Shown: one piece after another, positions 1-11,547 of the stretch | Layout of the letters: the number at the start of each line of letters is the position of its first letter | How positions within the stretch are numbered: position 1 is the first letter of the stretch | Assembly: GCA_030390025.1 (NCBI GenBank) | Contig: JASTWF010000148.1 | Span: 152,687 to 188,000, forward strand | Source of the DNA: Squalus acanthias | Lineage: Eukaryota | Direction: 5' to 3' | DNA: 35,314 bases | Program-made: the position numbers and the translations under genes | The notes under the pieces: generated by a model | Seen by the model: the letters and a program-made list of their open reading frames with translations, nothing else | Told to the model about the DNA's origin: nothing | The model's database searches: none

Positions 1-44
1 CGCGGAGAGAGGATACAGTCTGAAATCAATAATTATGTGTGTTT

Positions 45-165
45 GTGTGGATGGATAGATGGATGTATCGATGCAGGAATAGATGGGTAGTTAGATGTCT
101 GAATTTTTATTAATGGATCGATGAACAGATTAATGGATGGATGAATGGATGGATGGATGGATGGG
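45..165. repeat. (GGAT/GATA)n degenerate tetranucleotide microsatellite
   Basis: Runs such as ggatggatggatggatggg and gatggatagatggatg. Confidence 0.8.
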
Positions 166-1499
166 CCTGAAAGTTGCTGTTCACATTCTCATCCTTGTGA
201 GTCTACTTCCTAACTTGATGCAGCCCCTTTACATTTGTGTCAGTTTGGCGCCTCCAGTCGTTCCTGATATTCTGTATCATTTCACTCTACAAAGTGTCCA
301 TTTCTAACCAGATGAACATCACGAGAAGATGCCTGAAGTTATCCACGCGGTACCGATGGTCCTTCTATGGTGATGGGGAAACTCCATCCTAAAGATATAA
401 AGCGAGCACATGTCAGGGTTGAGAAGAGACAACTGTAATATTTGGAACATTTGGTCCTTTCATGTACAATAAAGCACTCAATATATCCTCCCCCGAATTA
501 CTTCAATCAATGTGGAAACACAGCAGATCAACGTGCACCTAATTTTCCACTTCTCTACCTAAATGCTTGCTCCTCTGTGAGACTGGTGCAGTCACACCAT
601 TCTGAACACACAGATAAAAGGAGCATGAACTGTGACTTTCTTTACCGCCATATAGTCATTGTAATCATTGCCACAGTGAAATATGTCCTGTGGGTTTTGC
701 ACATTGTGGTAGCAAATTGAAATGCCCTTAACTCCTTTAACCACACTCCCCAGAGCCTTTCCATTCAGCCCATTCACACACTGAATGAATTGTTCACCAG
801 TTGGGCGGGTAAGGTCAGTACATCACTGAGATGTGCTCAGGTTGATGGGCTCGCTGTGATGGAGATATATGGTTAGAGTGGACATGGTACATCATGCAGA
901 CAGAGCTGAGTCGGTGAAGTTGCCGAATATGGTGATTTGAATGACAATTTTGGACATGTTGATAGGCCCAGTGCTCTATGACATGAGGTTAAAGCAGATT
1001 CTTATTTCTCAGAAGATTGTACTTTTGTTGTGCGACATGATTAGGTTCGTGGAGAGCTGGTGTAGGGATATAAAGACTGGAATAAGGTGCCATTATGGGA
1101 ATATTTGGAAATTAATTATCCACCTAATTTACTGGTCAAATGTATACCTTCAAACCCTTTCTTATTGTCCCAAAGTGCTTTAAAATGAATTGTTAATATT
1201 GAAGTGTTATTGGTGATGTGATTTTTCGCGAATGGCTCCGAGGTGACTGATTCCTGATTGACCCCCTCCCCCTTGTATAAGAGGCGCTCTCCCATAATCG
1301 ACGGATTATTAATGTGGTTTGTGTACAGTTCCCATTCCCGCTCAATACCCCACACTCAGGAGTAACAAACTGTCTCTGCGCCAACTAACAGAAATAGCGA
1401 CAGATGGACGGTGAGAGATTTCCGGACCCATTGTTATTTCCCAGGCCATCATATTACTAAACACATGATATTTCTCAATACTTTCGAACTTCATCATGT

Positions 1500-1717
1500 T
1501 TTCCAAGCCACAGGTGGTTCTCAATCCATTGATGGTTTCAATCTATTGATAGTTCCCCAACCATCAACTTTCTCAAACAATTGATAGCTTGCAATCGATT
1601 GATGTTTCTCGACCAATCAATGATTCTCAAACCTTTCAGGACTCCCAATAGATTGACGTTTAGCAATCTATTAATGATCACCAATCCTTTAACGATTACC
1701 AATCCATTGATGTTTCG
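1500..1717 (-). repeat. Degenerate 18-bp tandem repeat (~12 units) reading as hexapeptide repeats on the minus strand
   Basis: Minus-strand units aacatcaatggattg-gta / atcgttaaaggattg-gtg / atcattaatagattg-cta ... translate RNINGL VIVKGL VIINRL LNVNLL GVLKGL RIIDWS RNINRL QAINCL ... RTTCGL, with frameshifts near 1535-1570. Confidence 0.55.
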
Positions 1718-2960
1718 TTTAATAGAATAAGAGAGTACGCCCACATATCCTTTGTTTTTTCCCTTTACCTGTGACCATTCTGGTTTGCCTACTGAGCGGT
1801 TGGACTTTTAGTAAAATTCCCAGAATGGCCTTGTGATTCCGGGTTCGGATTCAGGGTCACACCTGCAGCAGCGAGTTAAATGCTGTTTCTCCAACAGTTG
1901 TGTCAATTTCTGAATCAAAAGATGATTAATATTTGAAATTCATTTGCCACAGTGGGCTGGGTCGGTATTTCGGGCAATAATCGTCAGAAAAAGACATCGC
2001 TCATTTCGAAGCATTGACTTCTGATACTAACCAGTGGGCAGGACCAGTGAGTGGAAGGGTGTGGAAGATGGGGAAAGGAATATTAAAATGTGAATGAAAG
2101 ACACAGCCTGAGATCTGATTTCTGAAGCCATTAACTGTACCGATGCTGGAGATCGATGTTAAAGGTGCGAAACACAAACCGAAACTGCCTGCATTGTGTT
2201 TATTTCTCTGAGCCTCATCCTTTACTATTATGAGTGAAAGTTGTAAGGAGTTTTTCACGCCCTGCTGGTGTTGAGCTCCTGTTAACGAGGTCCCGCCCGA
2301 CACCTCACCCTTTGAACCCGCTCCTCGCGCTCTGCTCCTGGGCACTTTAAGCAGATGAGCGGGAAATTGTTGAAAAGCGCGGATGCGCCGCTCCCTCATT
2401 CTCTCTCATTGCAAATCCAAAATCTGAAGATTATGGATCTTTAAAGAATTAAAGGTTTAAAGAACTGGCACAAAGAAGCTCAGAACTCACCAGATAGAAT
2501 TTAAACAAATTTTAAATGCAAACCACAGAAGGGGCTGTTCTCGAAACCCTGTTTAAATTACAGCAGGAGTTTATTCTTTAAGTCTGTTCAATTGTTTGTT
2601 CAGTAAAAGCAAATATCATCGCTCTAATATCACGGATCTACAAATCATTCAGCTAAAATACCGAGTCATTGTTAGTTCATTGACCCGTGAGGGAAAGCTC
2701 ACTGGAGACACGGTTACCAGTGTCCTGATGGTGAGGCGAACGGAATTATAGAGAACGAATTGACCCCGGAATAAACCAAACCCATTAATAACCCTCTGCC
2801 TCCAGGTTACAATAAACAGACAAGAGTTTCATTCCCACCCGGTCTCTAAAAGCGGAACCATTCCCCTATAAGTACACTGACTGTAGCCCAGCTCGGGGTG
2901 TTTCCATTCACAGGCAGCCAGCTCACCACCTACCGGTCTCACAGCACCACTGGGGACACA

Positions 2961-3014
2961 AGGAAGTGAGGTCAGAGCATCCTGAGACACGACAGCACAT
3001 TATTGAGGGCGGGG
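2961..3014 (+). promoter_or_regulatory. TCR V-segment promoter: overlapping ETS (GGAAGT) and CRE-like decamer AGTGAGGTCA, plus GC box
   Basis: aggaagtgaggtca at 2961-2974 and gagggcgggg at 3005-3014, about 60-110 bp upstream of the leader ATG. CRE-like decamers are typical of TCR V promoters. Confidence 0.6.
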
Positions 3015-3070
3015 ATTAGAACGAATATCTTCAAATATCCAGCCCCCCTTTTACAGAGCGGACAGCGACA

Positions 3071-3116
3071 ATGCATCTACTCAGCGTCTGGGCTGTGTGG
3101 GGGGCACTTCTGACAG
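3071..3116 (+). CDS. Leader (L1) exon of TCR alpha/delta V segment
   Basis: ATG 3071 encodes hydrophobic MHLLSVWAVWGALLT; 46-nt exon ends at phase-1 donor ACAG|gtaatt; 111-nt intron ends ttttcag at 3227. Confidence 0.9.
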
Positions 3117-3227
3117 GTAATTATGGACCAAACACACTTCATCTTTTCTCTCATTTCTCACATGGTTTAAATCTGAATTTGAAACACCCGCCGGTCCGAT
3201 CTTTTCCTGTTTGAACATGTTTTTCAG

Positions 3228-3534
3228 ATCTGAGTCTTGGAGATTCTGTCACTCAGCCGCTGTCCTCAGGAGTTAAGACAGAAGGAGAAGCGGTGACTTT
3301 AAGCTGTACCTATGATACTACAGTGAGCTACTATTCTTTATACTGGTACCGGCAACACCCAGACACACAGCCCGAGTATATACTGCGGAAGGATTCTGAT
3401 GGTGATGAATATAAAGCAGATTTTGCTAAAACCCGTTTCTCTGCTGAGCTCCAGACCTCGACTAAATTCACCAGTTTAACCATCTCCGGGCTGCAGCTGA
3501 CTGACGCTGCCGTGTATTACTGCGCCCTGGGACT
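3228..3534 (+). CDS. T-cell receptor alpha/delta variable segment (TRAV/TRDV-like), germline, open frame
   Basis: In frame with leader: (D)LSLG-DSVTQPLSSGVKTEGEAVTLSCTYDTTVSYYSLYWYRQHPDTQPEYILRKDSDGDEYKADFAKTRFSAELQTSTKFTSLTISGLQLTDAAVYYCALG. First Cys, WYRQ and D-x-A-V-YYCAL motifs present; followed directly by an RSS. Confidence 0.93.
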
Positions 3535-3573
3535 CACAGTGATGGAAAGCAGTCTCAGCCCTGTACAAAAACT
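3535..3573 (+). other. 23-bp-spacer recombination signal sequence
   Basis: Heptamer CACAGTG 3535-3541, 23-nt spacer atggaaagcagtctcagccctgt, nonamer ACAAAAACT 3565-3573 (8/9 consensus). Confidence 0.95.
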
Positions 3574-4697
3574 GCCATTGGACTGTAGGGCGGAGCTCCT
3601 GTCTGTTGGGGTTGTGTGGAATCGCGGGCAGATGCAGCCACAATGAGCAGCGCGCTGTCAGGCGCTCAAACACACACCGAGAGGAAACCAAATTAACCTC
3701 GGATCAAACTGTCACCCAACTGTTTCCAGGAGCGGCCGAGAAAACAAACTGCAGAATCCAATCGGCCCGAAAGATCGAGCACAGAATGAACCGACCGGTT
3801 AAACTGTCCTTTCAGCTGCTGATCAGCTGTTTTTCCATAAAGTCATGGATCGATGTTCAGATCAGCTCCGAGAAAGAGGTTTGCTGACAGCGCCAGGAAC
3901 ATTCTTGCTGGTTGCGCCGGTAATAGGACAGGGTCTGGTTCCCATATTCTGCCTGTGTTTGTTATTTCATCCCATGTATTCCGTCAAAACCGGATATTTA
4001 ATGTGTTGAGGTGCTCGGGAAATCCTCCGACACTTTACGTTATTTTAGTCTCACCTAAGGATAGATGCCACTTTCCAAACTTGGAAACACACAACCGAAT
4101 GGAAGAGGACATGAAAGAGAAAATTGGTTGAATGTTTCGGGAGATCTGTGGGGAAAATATAGCGATTTCTGAACTCTTTTGCTGTTCTTGCTATTCCGGT
4201 CACGGGCTGCCTTATTTAACATCCGTGCATTAGTTAACCTGCAATAAATCTGACCAAGTGCTATTAGCCTGTAAGGAGCGCTCTGCTCGTGTGAGTTTCC
4301 CCTGGGGAGGCTGTAATAAATTGCCATTTAGTGGTTCAGTTGACTCTCGCCATGTCAATTATTTAAGGATCCATGAGGGACAGAGCTTCCCACAATGCAC
4401 AGCGGGCCAGCAAAGGCCCTATGTCGACCACGGCCCGCGCTGCTCCATGGAAGCACTGCTCGCACCTGCGCAATTCGCAAACCGCTTTAATTATCGCTAT
4501 CTGTATCTTTGTCGGACCTGGGCGAGAAGTGAGTGGAGCAGCGAGGCTATAAAGCCTGCGGTATCCAGGTAGGCCCCTCTTTTACAGCGGCGGACCTGGG
4601 CGAGAAGTGAGTGGAGCAACGAGGCTATAAAGCCTGCGGTATCCAGGTAGGCCCCTCTTTTACAGGGTGATTGCTTTAATAGTGCGGGTCGCAGTGG

Positions 4698-5622
4698 TTG
4701 CTGGGTAAGTGTTTTTTTTTACCTGTATATACGTTGGGCGGTTTCTGCTCCTCCTGCTCTATGTGGGAAATCAGGGACCCTTCCGGTCTCACTGACGACC
4801 ATGTGTGCGGGAAGTGTATCCAGCTGCAGCTACTGACAGACCGCATTGCGGCGCTGGAGCTGCGGCTGGATGCATATTGGAGCATTCGCGATGCTGAGAA
4901 CCTCGTGGATAGCACGTTTAGAGAGTTGGTCACACCGCAGGTGAAGGGTGTACAGGCAGGAAGGGAATGGGTGACCACCAGGCAGAGTAGGAGGTGCAGG
5001 CAGGTAGTGCAGGGGTCCCCTGTGGCCATCCCCCTCTCAAACAGATATACCGCTTTGGATACTGTTGGGGGGGATGACTTAGCAGGGGAAGGCAGCAGCA
5101 GCCAACTTCCTGGCACCATGGGCGGCTCTGCTGCACAGGCTGGGAGGAAAAAGAGTGGAAGAGCTATAATGATAGGGGACTCAATTGTAAGGGGAATAGA
5201 TAGGCTGTTTCTACGGCCGCAACCGAGACTCCAGGATGGTGTGTTGCCTCCCTAGTGCAAGGGTCAAGGACGTCTCGGAGCGGCTACAGAACATTTTGGA
5301 GGGGGAGGGCGAACAGCCAGCTGTCGTGGAGCACATAGGCACCAACGATATAGGTAAAAAACGGGATGAGGTCTTAAAAGCAGAATATAGGGAGTTAGGA
5401 GGTAAATTTAAAAATAGGACCTCAAAGGTAGTAATCTCAGGATTGCTACCAGTGCCATGTGCTAGTCAGAGTAGAAATAGGAGGATATTTCAAATGAATA
5501 CGTGGCTAGAGGAATGGTGCAAGAGGAAGGGATTCAAATTCCTGGGACATTGGAACCGGTTCTGGGGGAGGTGGGACCAGTACAAACCGGACCGTTTGCT
5601 AGTGCTGTTGGGGAGGATTTAA
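4698..5622 (+). pseudogene. E1 ORF1: zinc finger/leucine zipper plus SGNH esterase, frameshifted
   Basis: CSSCSMWE..HVCGKC, leucine-rich LQLLTDRIAALELRL, IGDSIVR, HIGTND; split across ORFs 4698-5255 and 5236-5622; DGLH motif lost by deletion near 5592. Confidence 0.85.
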
Positions 5623-5626
5623 ACTA

Positions 5627-8531
5627 ATGTGGCAGGGGGTTGGGAACCTGAGCAGGGAGACAGAGGAAAGCATGTCAGGAAGGGACAGAAGGTATGGAGT
5701 AAAAGGTAAAGTGTTAAATAAGGAAAAAGCAGGAAGTAAGTGTCACAAAACACATTTGAAAGTTCTTTATCTGAATGCACGTAGCATTCGTAACAAAATG
5801 GACGAGTTAACGGCACAAATAACTATGTATGGGTATGAGCTTGTGGCCATTACAGAAACATGGCTGCAGGGTGACAACGTCTGGGAATTAAATATGCCAG
5901 GGTATTTAACGATCAGGAAGGACAGGCAGGAAGGAAGGGGAGGGGGGGGGGGGGGGGTGGCTATGTTAATAAAGGAAGGAATCACTGTAATACAGAGAAA
6001 TGATATTGGGTCAAAAGATCAGGATAATGAAACAGTTTGGGTAGAGATAAGGAATAATAAGGGGTAAAAAACACGGGTGGGCGTAGTATATAGGCCTCCT
6101 AATAGTTGCAACTCTGTTGGAAGAAGTATTAATCAGGAAATAGTTGGGGCATGTAATAAGGGAACAGCTATAATTATGGGGGATTTTAACTATCATATTA
6201 ACTGGACAAATCAAATTGGGCAGGGCAGCCTTGAGGAAGAGTTTATTGAGTGTCTTAGGGATGGATTTCTTGAGCAGTATGTAACTGATCCTACAAGGGG
6301 GCAAGCAACCTTGGACCTGGTCCTGTGTAATGAGTCCGGATTAATTAATAATGTCCTAGTTAAGGATCCCCTTGGAATGAGTGACCATAACATGGTTGAA
6401 TTCCATATCCAATTAGAGGGTGAGAAGGTTGGTTCTCAAACAAGCATACTGAGCTTGAATAAAGGAGACTTGGATGGTATGAGAGCAGAATTAATTAAAG
6501 TGGACTGGGAAAATAGATTAAAGGGTAAGACGGTACATGAGCAGTGGTGTTCATTCAAGGAGTTATTTTACAACTTTCAAAATAAATATATTCCACTGAG
6601 GAAAAAAGGGTGTAAAAGAAATGACTAAGTAAAGAAATTAAAGAAAGTATCCAACTAAAAACAAGGACATATAAGGTAGCCAAAGTTAGTGGGAGGATAG
6701 AAGTAACTAAAGGATTGATTAAGAAAGGGAAAATAGACTATGAAATTAAATTAGCAAAAAATATAAAAACAGATAGCAAGAGTTTCTATAGTTATATAAA
6801 AAGAAAAAGGGTGGTTAAGGCAAACGTAGGTCCCTTAGAGGATGAGACCGGGAAATTAATGGTGGGAAACATGGAGATGGCAAAAATGCTGAACAAATAT
6901 TTTGTTTCAGTCTTTACGGTAGAGGACACTAAGAATATCCCAACACTGGACAAACAGGGGGCTCTAGTGGGGGAGGAGCTAAATACGATTAAAATCACTA
7001 AGGAATTGGTACTCAGTAAAATAATGGGACTCAAGGCGGATAAATCCCCTGGACCTGATGGCTTACATCCTTGGGTCTTGAGGGAAGTGGCAGTAGGAAT
7101 TGTGGATGCTTTGGTAATAATTTTCCAAAACTCCCTGAACTCAGCAAAGGTCCCGGCAGATTGGAAAACTGCTAATGTAACACCCTTATTCAAAAAGGGT
7201 TGTAGGCAGAAGGCTGGAAATTATAGACCAGTTAGCCTAACATCTGTGGTGGGTAAAATTTTGGAGTCTATTATTAAGGAGACAGTAACGGAACATTTAG
7301 ATAAACATAATTTAATAGGACAAAGTCAGCATGGCTTTATGAAGGGGAAGTCATGTCTGACAAATTTGCTCGAGTTCTTTGAGGACATAACGTACAGGGT
7401 GGATAAAGGGGAACCAGTGGATGTAGTGTATTCAGACTTCCAGAAGGCATTCGACAAGGTGCCACATAAAAGATTATTACTCAAGATAAAAAATCACTGG
7501 ATTGGGGGTAATATTCTGGCATGGGTGGAGGATTGGTTATCTAACAGGAAGCAATGAGTTGGATAAATGGTTCATTCTCGGACTGGCAACCAGTAGCCAG
7601 TGGTGTTCCACAGGGATCGGTGCTGGGTCGCCAACTCTTTACAATCTATATTAATGATTTGGAGGAGGGGACCGAGTGTAACATATCAAAGTTTGCAGAT
7701 GATACAAAGATGGGAGGGAAAGTAGAGAGTGAGGAGGACATAAAAAACCTACAAGGGGATATAGACAGGCTGGGTGAGTGGGCAGAGATTTGGCAGATGC
7801 AATACAATATTGGAAAATGTGAGGTTATGCACTTTGGCAGGAAAAATCGGAGAGCAAGATATTATCTTAATGGCGAGAAACTGGAAAGTACTGCAGTAGA
7901 AAGGGATCTGGGGGTCTTGGTGCAAGAAAATCAAAAAGTTAGTATGCAGGTGCAGCAGGTGATCAAGAAAGCCAATGGAATGTTGGCTTTTATTGCTAGG
8001 GGGATAGAATATAAAAGCAGGGAGGTATTGCTGCAGTTGTATAGGGTATTGGTGAGACCGCACCTGGAGTACTGCATACAGTTTTGGTGTCAATACTTAA
8101 GAAAAGACATACTTGCTCTCGAGGCAGTACAAAGAAGGTTCACTCGGTTAATTCCGGGGATGAGGGGGTGGACATACGAGGAGAGGTTGAGTAGATTGGG
8201 ACTCTACTCATTGGAGTTCAGAAGAATGAGAGGTGATCTTATTGAAACACATAAGATTGTGAAGGGGCTTGATCGGGTGGACGCGGTGAGGATGTTCCCA
8301 ATGATGGGTGAAACTAGAACTAGGGGACATAATCTTAGAATAAGGGGCTGCTCTTTCAAAACTGAGATGAGGAGAAACTTTTTCACTCAGAGGGTAGTGG
8401 GTCTGTGGAATTTGCTACCCCAGGAAGCTGTGGAAGCTACTTCATTAAATAAATTTAAAACAGAAATAGACAGTTTCCTAGAAGTAAAGGGAATTAGGGG
8501 TTACGGGGAGCGGGCTGGAAATTGGACATGA
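5627..8531 (+). pseudogene. E1 ORF2: APE endonuclease-reverse transcriptase, disrupted
   Basis: [41 protein letters not shown]. Stop at 6065-6067, deletions near 6625 and 6702 relative to copy E3, frameshift near 7554, in-frame poly-G expansion near 5942-5957. Confidence 0.92.
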
Positions 8532-8789
8532 GTTTGAGTTCGGATCGGTCAAGGCCCTGTGGGTGGCGGAGCGGGCCCAGGGGCCGAGTGGCCTGGTCCT
8601 GCTCCTACTTCTTGTGTTCTTTAGAGTTGAAGTTGGATCAGATCAGCCATGATCTCATTGAATGGCGGAGCAGGCTCGAGGGGCCGATTGGTCTACTCCT
8701 GCTCCTATTTCTTATGTTCTTATGTTCTTATGTCTCTGTCGCATATTTTCTACTTTTTATTAAGAAAGGGATACTTTCTTTTGTGGGAA

Positions 8790-9060
8790 CTGAAGTCACA
8801 CGTCACACCGTACGTCACACAAACATGGCCGCCGCCGCTTTGCCCTGCACTGGATGACGCCACAATCCATTCCGTACGTCACAGCACCGCGATTGGCTGT
8901 TTTTCACATTCATTCAGTGTCAGAGGTCACGGAAAGTCTCCTGCCTCCGCTCAGCGCTAAAGATTCCCAGTGTGACCCCTGACTCAGATCCCGGGAGTCA
9001 GCCCGGAACGCCTTCAAATGGCCATGCACCGCCGAGATTACCGGAGCCTGCGAACTGGAA
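8790..9060. promoter_or_regulatory. CpG-rich promoter-like element (CRE half-sites, YY1-like site, CCAAT box)
   Basis: Repeated (A)CGTCAC at ~8801, 8812, 8877; AAACATGGCCGCC 8821-8833; GATTGGCTG 8891-8899; locally CpG dense. Confidence 0.5.
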
Positions 9061-9444
9061 ACAGAGATGGGAGACACAGCGATGGTTGCTAAAATTCGCT
9101 TCGAGCGGATAGGGAGAGATTGAGACAGAGATATAGTTTAAACAGCAAATTCATCCATTTGCAATCTTCCTTCCCAGCCCTTCAGAAGAGCCTTCTAATT
9201 CTTCCGTCCATCAACGCGATCTGATATTCAACCACAGGAGACCTCGCGCCTGAAATTCAGGAGTTCAGGGAGAAAGCAGCGCCGCATCAGAAGGAGACTG
9301 CCGGAAAATACTCGAGTCGGGCCATAAACCTCTGGAGGTGTTCCCGGGGCGGGAGGGACCGAAAGAGTCCGAGGATCCGGTGAAGGACGTGGAGTAAAAC
9401 TGCAGTGAACAGAGAGCGGAGATCTGAAGGTCACTGGTGTATCT

Positions 9445-9677
9445 CTGGGGTGATGCTCAGTGAGCTCAGGTAGATGGTGCAAGAGGGACTGGAGCAGAGC
9501 AGGGAGAAAGAATCCCTGGGGTGATGCTCAGTGAGTTCAGGTAGATGGTATCAGAGGGGATGGAGCAGAGCAGTGAGAAAGGATCCCTGTGGTGATCGCT
9601 GAATAAATCCCTGGGGCGATGTTCAGTGAGATCAGGGAGATGGTATCAGAGGGACTGGAGCAGAGCAGGGAGAAAGG
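9445..9677. repeat. ~71-bp tandem repeat, ~3 copies
   Basis: ggggtgatgctcagtgag..caggtagatggt..agaggga.tggagcagagcag.gagaaag recurs at ~9447, ~9518 and ~9613. Confidence 0.75.
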
Positions 9678-10634
9678 TCGTCAGGGATACAGGAGACAGA
9701 TGGTCAGGGTAAATGGGTGTGGCTCAGATTGGAGAAGGGTTGGAAGTGGTTACCCCAGTGATGGGCCCGCTATTTTATTGGTCTGTGTGAAACATTTGGA
9801 CTCGGGACTCGATTAAATGGGCTAATCCTAAATTAAAAATACATTCTTTTGCGCCCTGCCCGAGAGGAGGGCTCCACTCGCACACTTGGCCTGAACAAAA
9901 CTGGAATGATATTCCATGAGAATGTGACTTTGTCCGTCTATCATACAAACTATATCCAGGGGTGCCCACCTGGTGCAGAAGGCTCCAAATATACATGTGG
10001 ACACCGCGTGATCCCTCATTTCGTCTCCCTCGAAAACAACTTCTCCTTCTTTACTCTCTCTCTTCGGTGTCTGTGTGCGTATATAACAGGACAGGTGGAG
10101 AGAGAGACTGTGTGTTTGACAGAAAAGCCGGAGAGGGAATCTGTGTGTGTAACAGAAGAGGTGGAGAGTGTCAGTTTGTGTGTAGAACAGAAAAAGTGAA
10201 GATAGGTTAAGTGTGTGTATAAAAGAAAAGCTGGAGAGAGAGCCTGTGCGTCGGATAGGCCTCAGACTCCTAGAATCATTTCCAGGGGTTGTGCTCCTCA
10301 GTGTGTCTGTGTCAGATACCTGACACAGATAATCCTACCCTGGGAGTATTTGATGGAAGAGTGTAGAGGGAGCTGTACTCTGCATCTAGCAAGTGTGTAC
10401 CTGCCCTGGAACTGTTTGATGGAACACTGCAGAGGCGGATTTACTCTGCCATGTACTGTAATGTATCAAACTGTGATGGAGCAGAGTCCTGCTCTTTAAT
10501 AGAACCTGGTATGTGACAGTTACAGACGATAATATTGGAGGAGACTGCGAGGTGCGCCTGGTCGCTGTGAAGTAATTCCGCCTCTTGGGCTTGACATAAA
10601 ATGACAGGTGTAAAGGTGTCGTTACTCTGATAGG

Positions 10635-10648
10635 GCACTAGGTGGCGC
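10635..10648 (+). promoter_or_regulatory. CTCF-binding-site-like motif
   Basis: GCACTAGGTGGCGC matches the CTCF core CCASYAGRKGGCRS except at position 1. The paralogous site near 18464-18478 is degraded (ATACTTGGTGGCGC on minus). Confidence 0.5.
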
Positions 10649-11271
10649 AGTGGCTCGTTAACCGGGGTCAAACACAACCCAGACAGGACGGGTGAAAAAT
10701 ACCTGTCAGGGAAATAAAACAAAGTGTGACAGGGAAAATGGAGCGGTGTGGAGGAGCCTTGGAGAAAGGAATTCAGCAAAGTCCAAGTTAGTCCATTAGT
10801 CATTCCAGATTTACTTACAATTTCACTGAGAACAATTTACAGAGAAGTTTTTAAAAAGTTAACACAAAGTGAATATAACAACTGAGCGTCACATTGAGAC
10901 CAGATCACAGGCGGTCTGAGCTGCCAGTTATCTGTACAACTGTAACAGGCACCAGGGAGAAAAAACAGGGGCTCAACATAAAGAGAAGGGAATAATTCTG
11001 AATTACGAATGAGAAAAGTGATTTATTTACACATGAAATATTCAAACAACCATGAAACTCTGCGATACATTCACATTATAGCCACGATTATCTCACACAT
11101 TTCAAACTGAGAGACCGAAATCCCGGTTATGACTTTCTCAGCTATAGATTCGGATCTATTAACTGAAGACATTTGACTCTGAGAATCACCAAGAGGACAT
11201 ATTTTATTTTCAGGACACAGAGATGTTAATAAACAGATGAGGAAAATCCACGGCGTCCGAAATTCAACCGT

Positions 11272-11280
11272 TCACTTGAC
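11272..11280 (-). pseudogene. IgH TM2 exon (VK*), minus copy
   Basis: Minus strand ttttacag|GTCAAGTGA; AATAAA at 11208-11203. Confidence 0.85.
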
Positions 11281-11420
11281 CTGTAAAAGAGGGATAAAAG
11301 AATGAAGCAGAGATTTAGAGTTTTGGGGCATTTATCTCAGGGTTTATATCAAAGTAACTTTTAGAGATTTGTCAAACCGCTTCAGTCAGATCGAAGTGTG
11401 AGTGAATTGAATCTTCTCAC

Positions 11421-11547
11421 CTTCACTAGAGTGACGGCAGCGCTGTAGGACATGCTCAGAAGAACAGGATGATGAATGTGGAAGCGGTTGTCCAGATGTT
11501 GCCGCTCTCTTCCTCATAGTCTTCAATCAAGATGTGGTCTGAGGAAT
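11421..11547 (-). pseudogene. IgH TM1 exon, frameshifted copy
   Basis: SSDHILIEDYEEESGNIWTTASTFIILFF* ; 1-nt deletion relative to the plus copy (127 vs 128 nt) creates TGA; upstream acceptor reads ccccgtaa (alternative cag 9 nt downstream remains); donor AAG|gtgaga intact. Confidence 0.88.

Larger units (their letters stand above)
4513..8732 (+). mobile_element. CR1-clade LINE copy E1, near full length, disabled
   Basis: 5' region with ~78-bp tandem duplication (4513-4664), ORF1, ORF2 (APE endonuclease + RT with FADD), 3' tail (TTCTTATG)n ending ~8732. Confidence 0.93.

Noticed and set aside
3535-3646. V ORF read-through past the RSS as a non-rearranging receptor
   Set aside because: The extension has no J-like or transmembrane features; short read-through is common in germline V segments.
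5937-5957. Poly-Gly insertion in E1 endonuclease as a functional change
   Set aside because: G homopolymer expansion in an already disabled copy; possibly a sequencing artefact.
9962-9977. Second CTCF-like motif (GCACCAGGTGGGCAC on minus)
   Set aside because: The GGCRS end of the core is shifted; too weak to call.
10441-10803. 120-aa minus ORF with a partial paralogue at 18267-18455
   Set aside because: Similarity is explained by the inverted duplication; frame not conserved between arms, runs into satellite, no recognisable domain.
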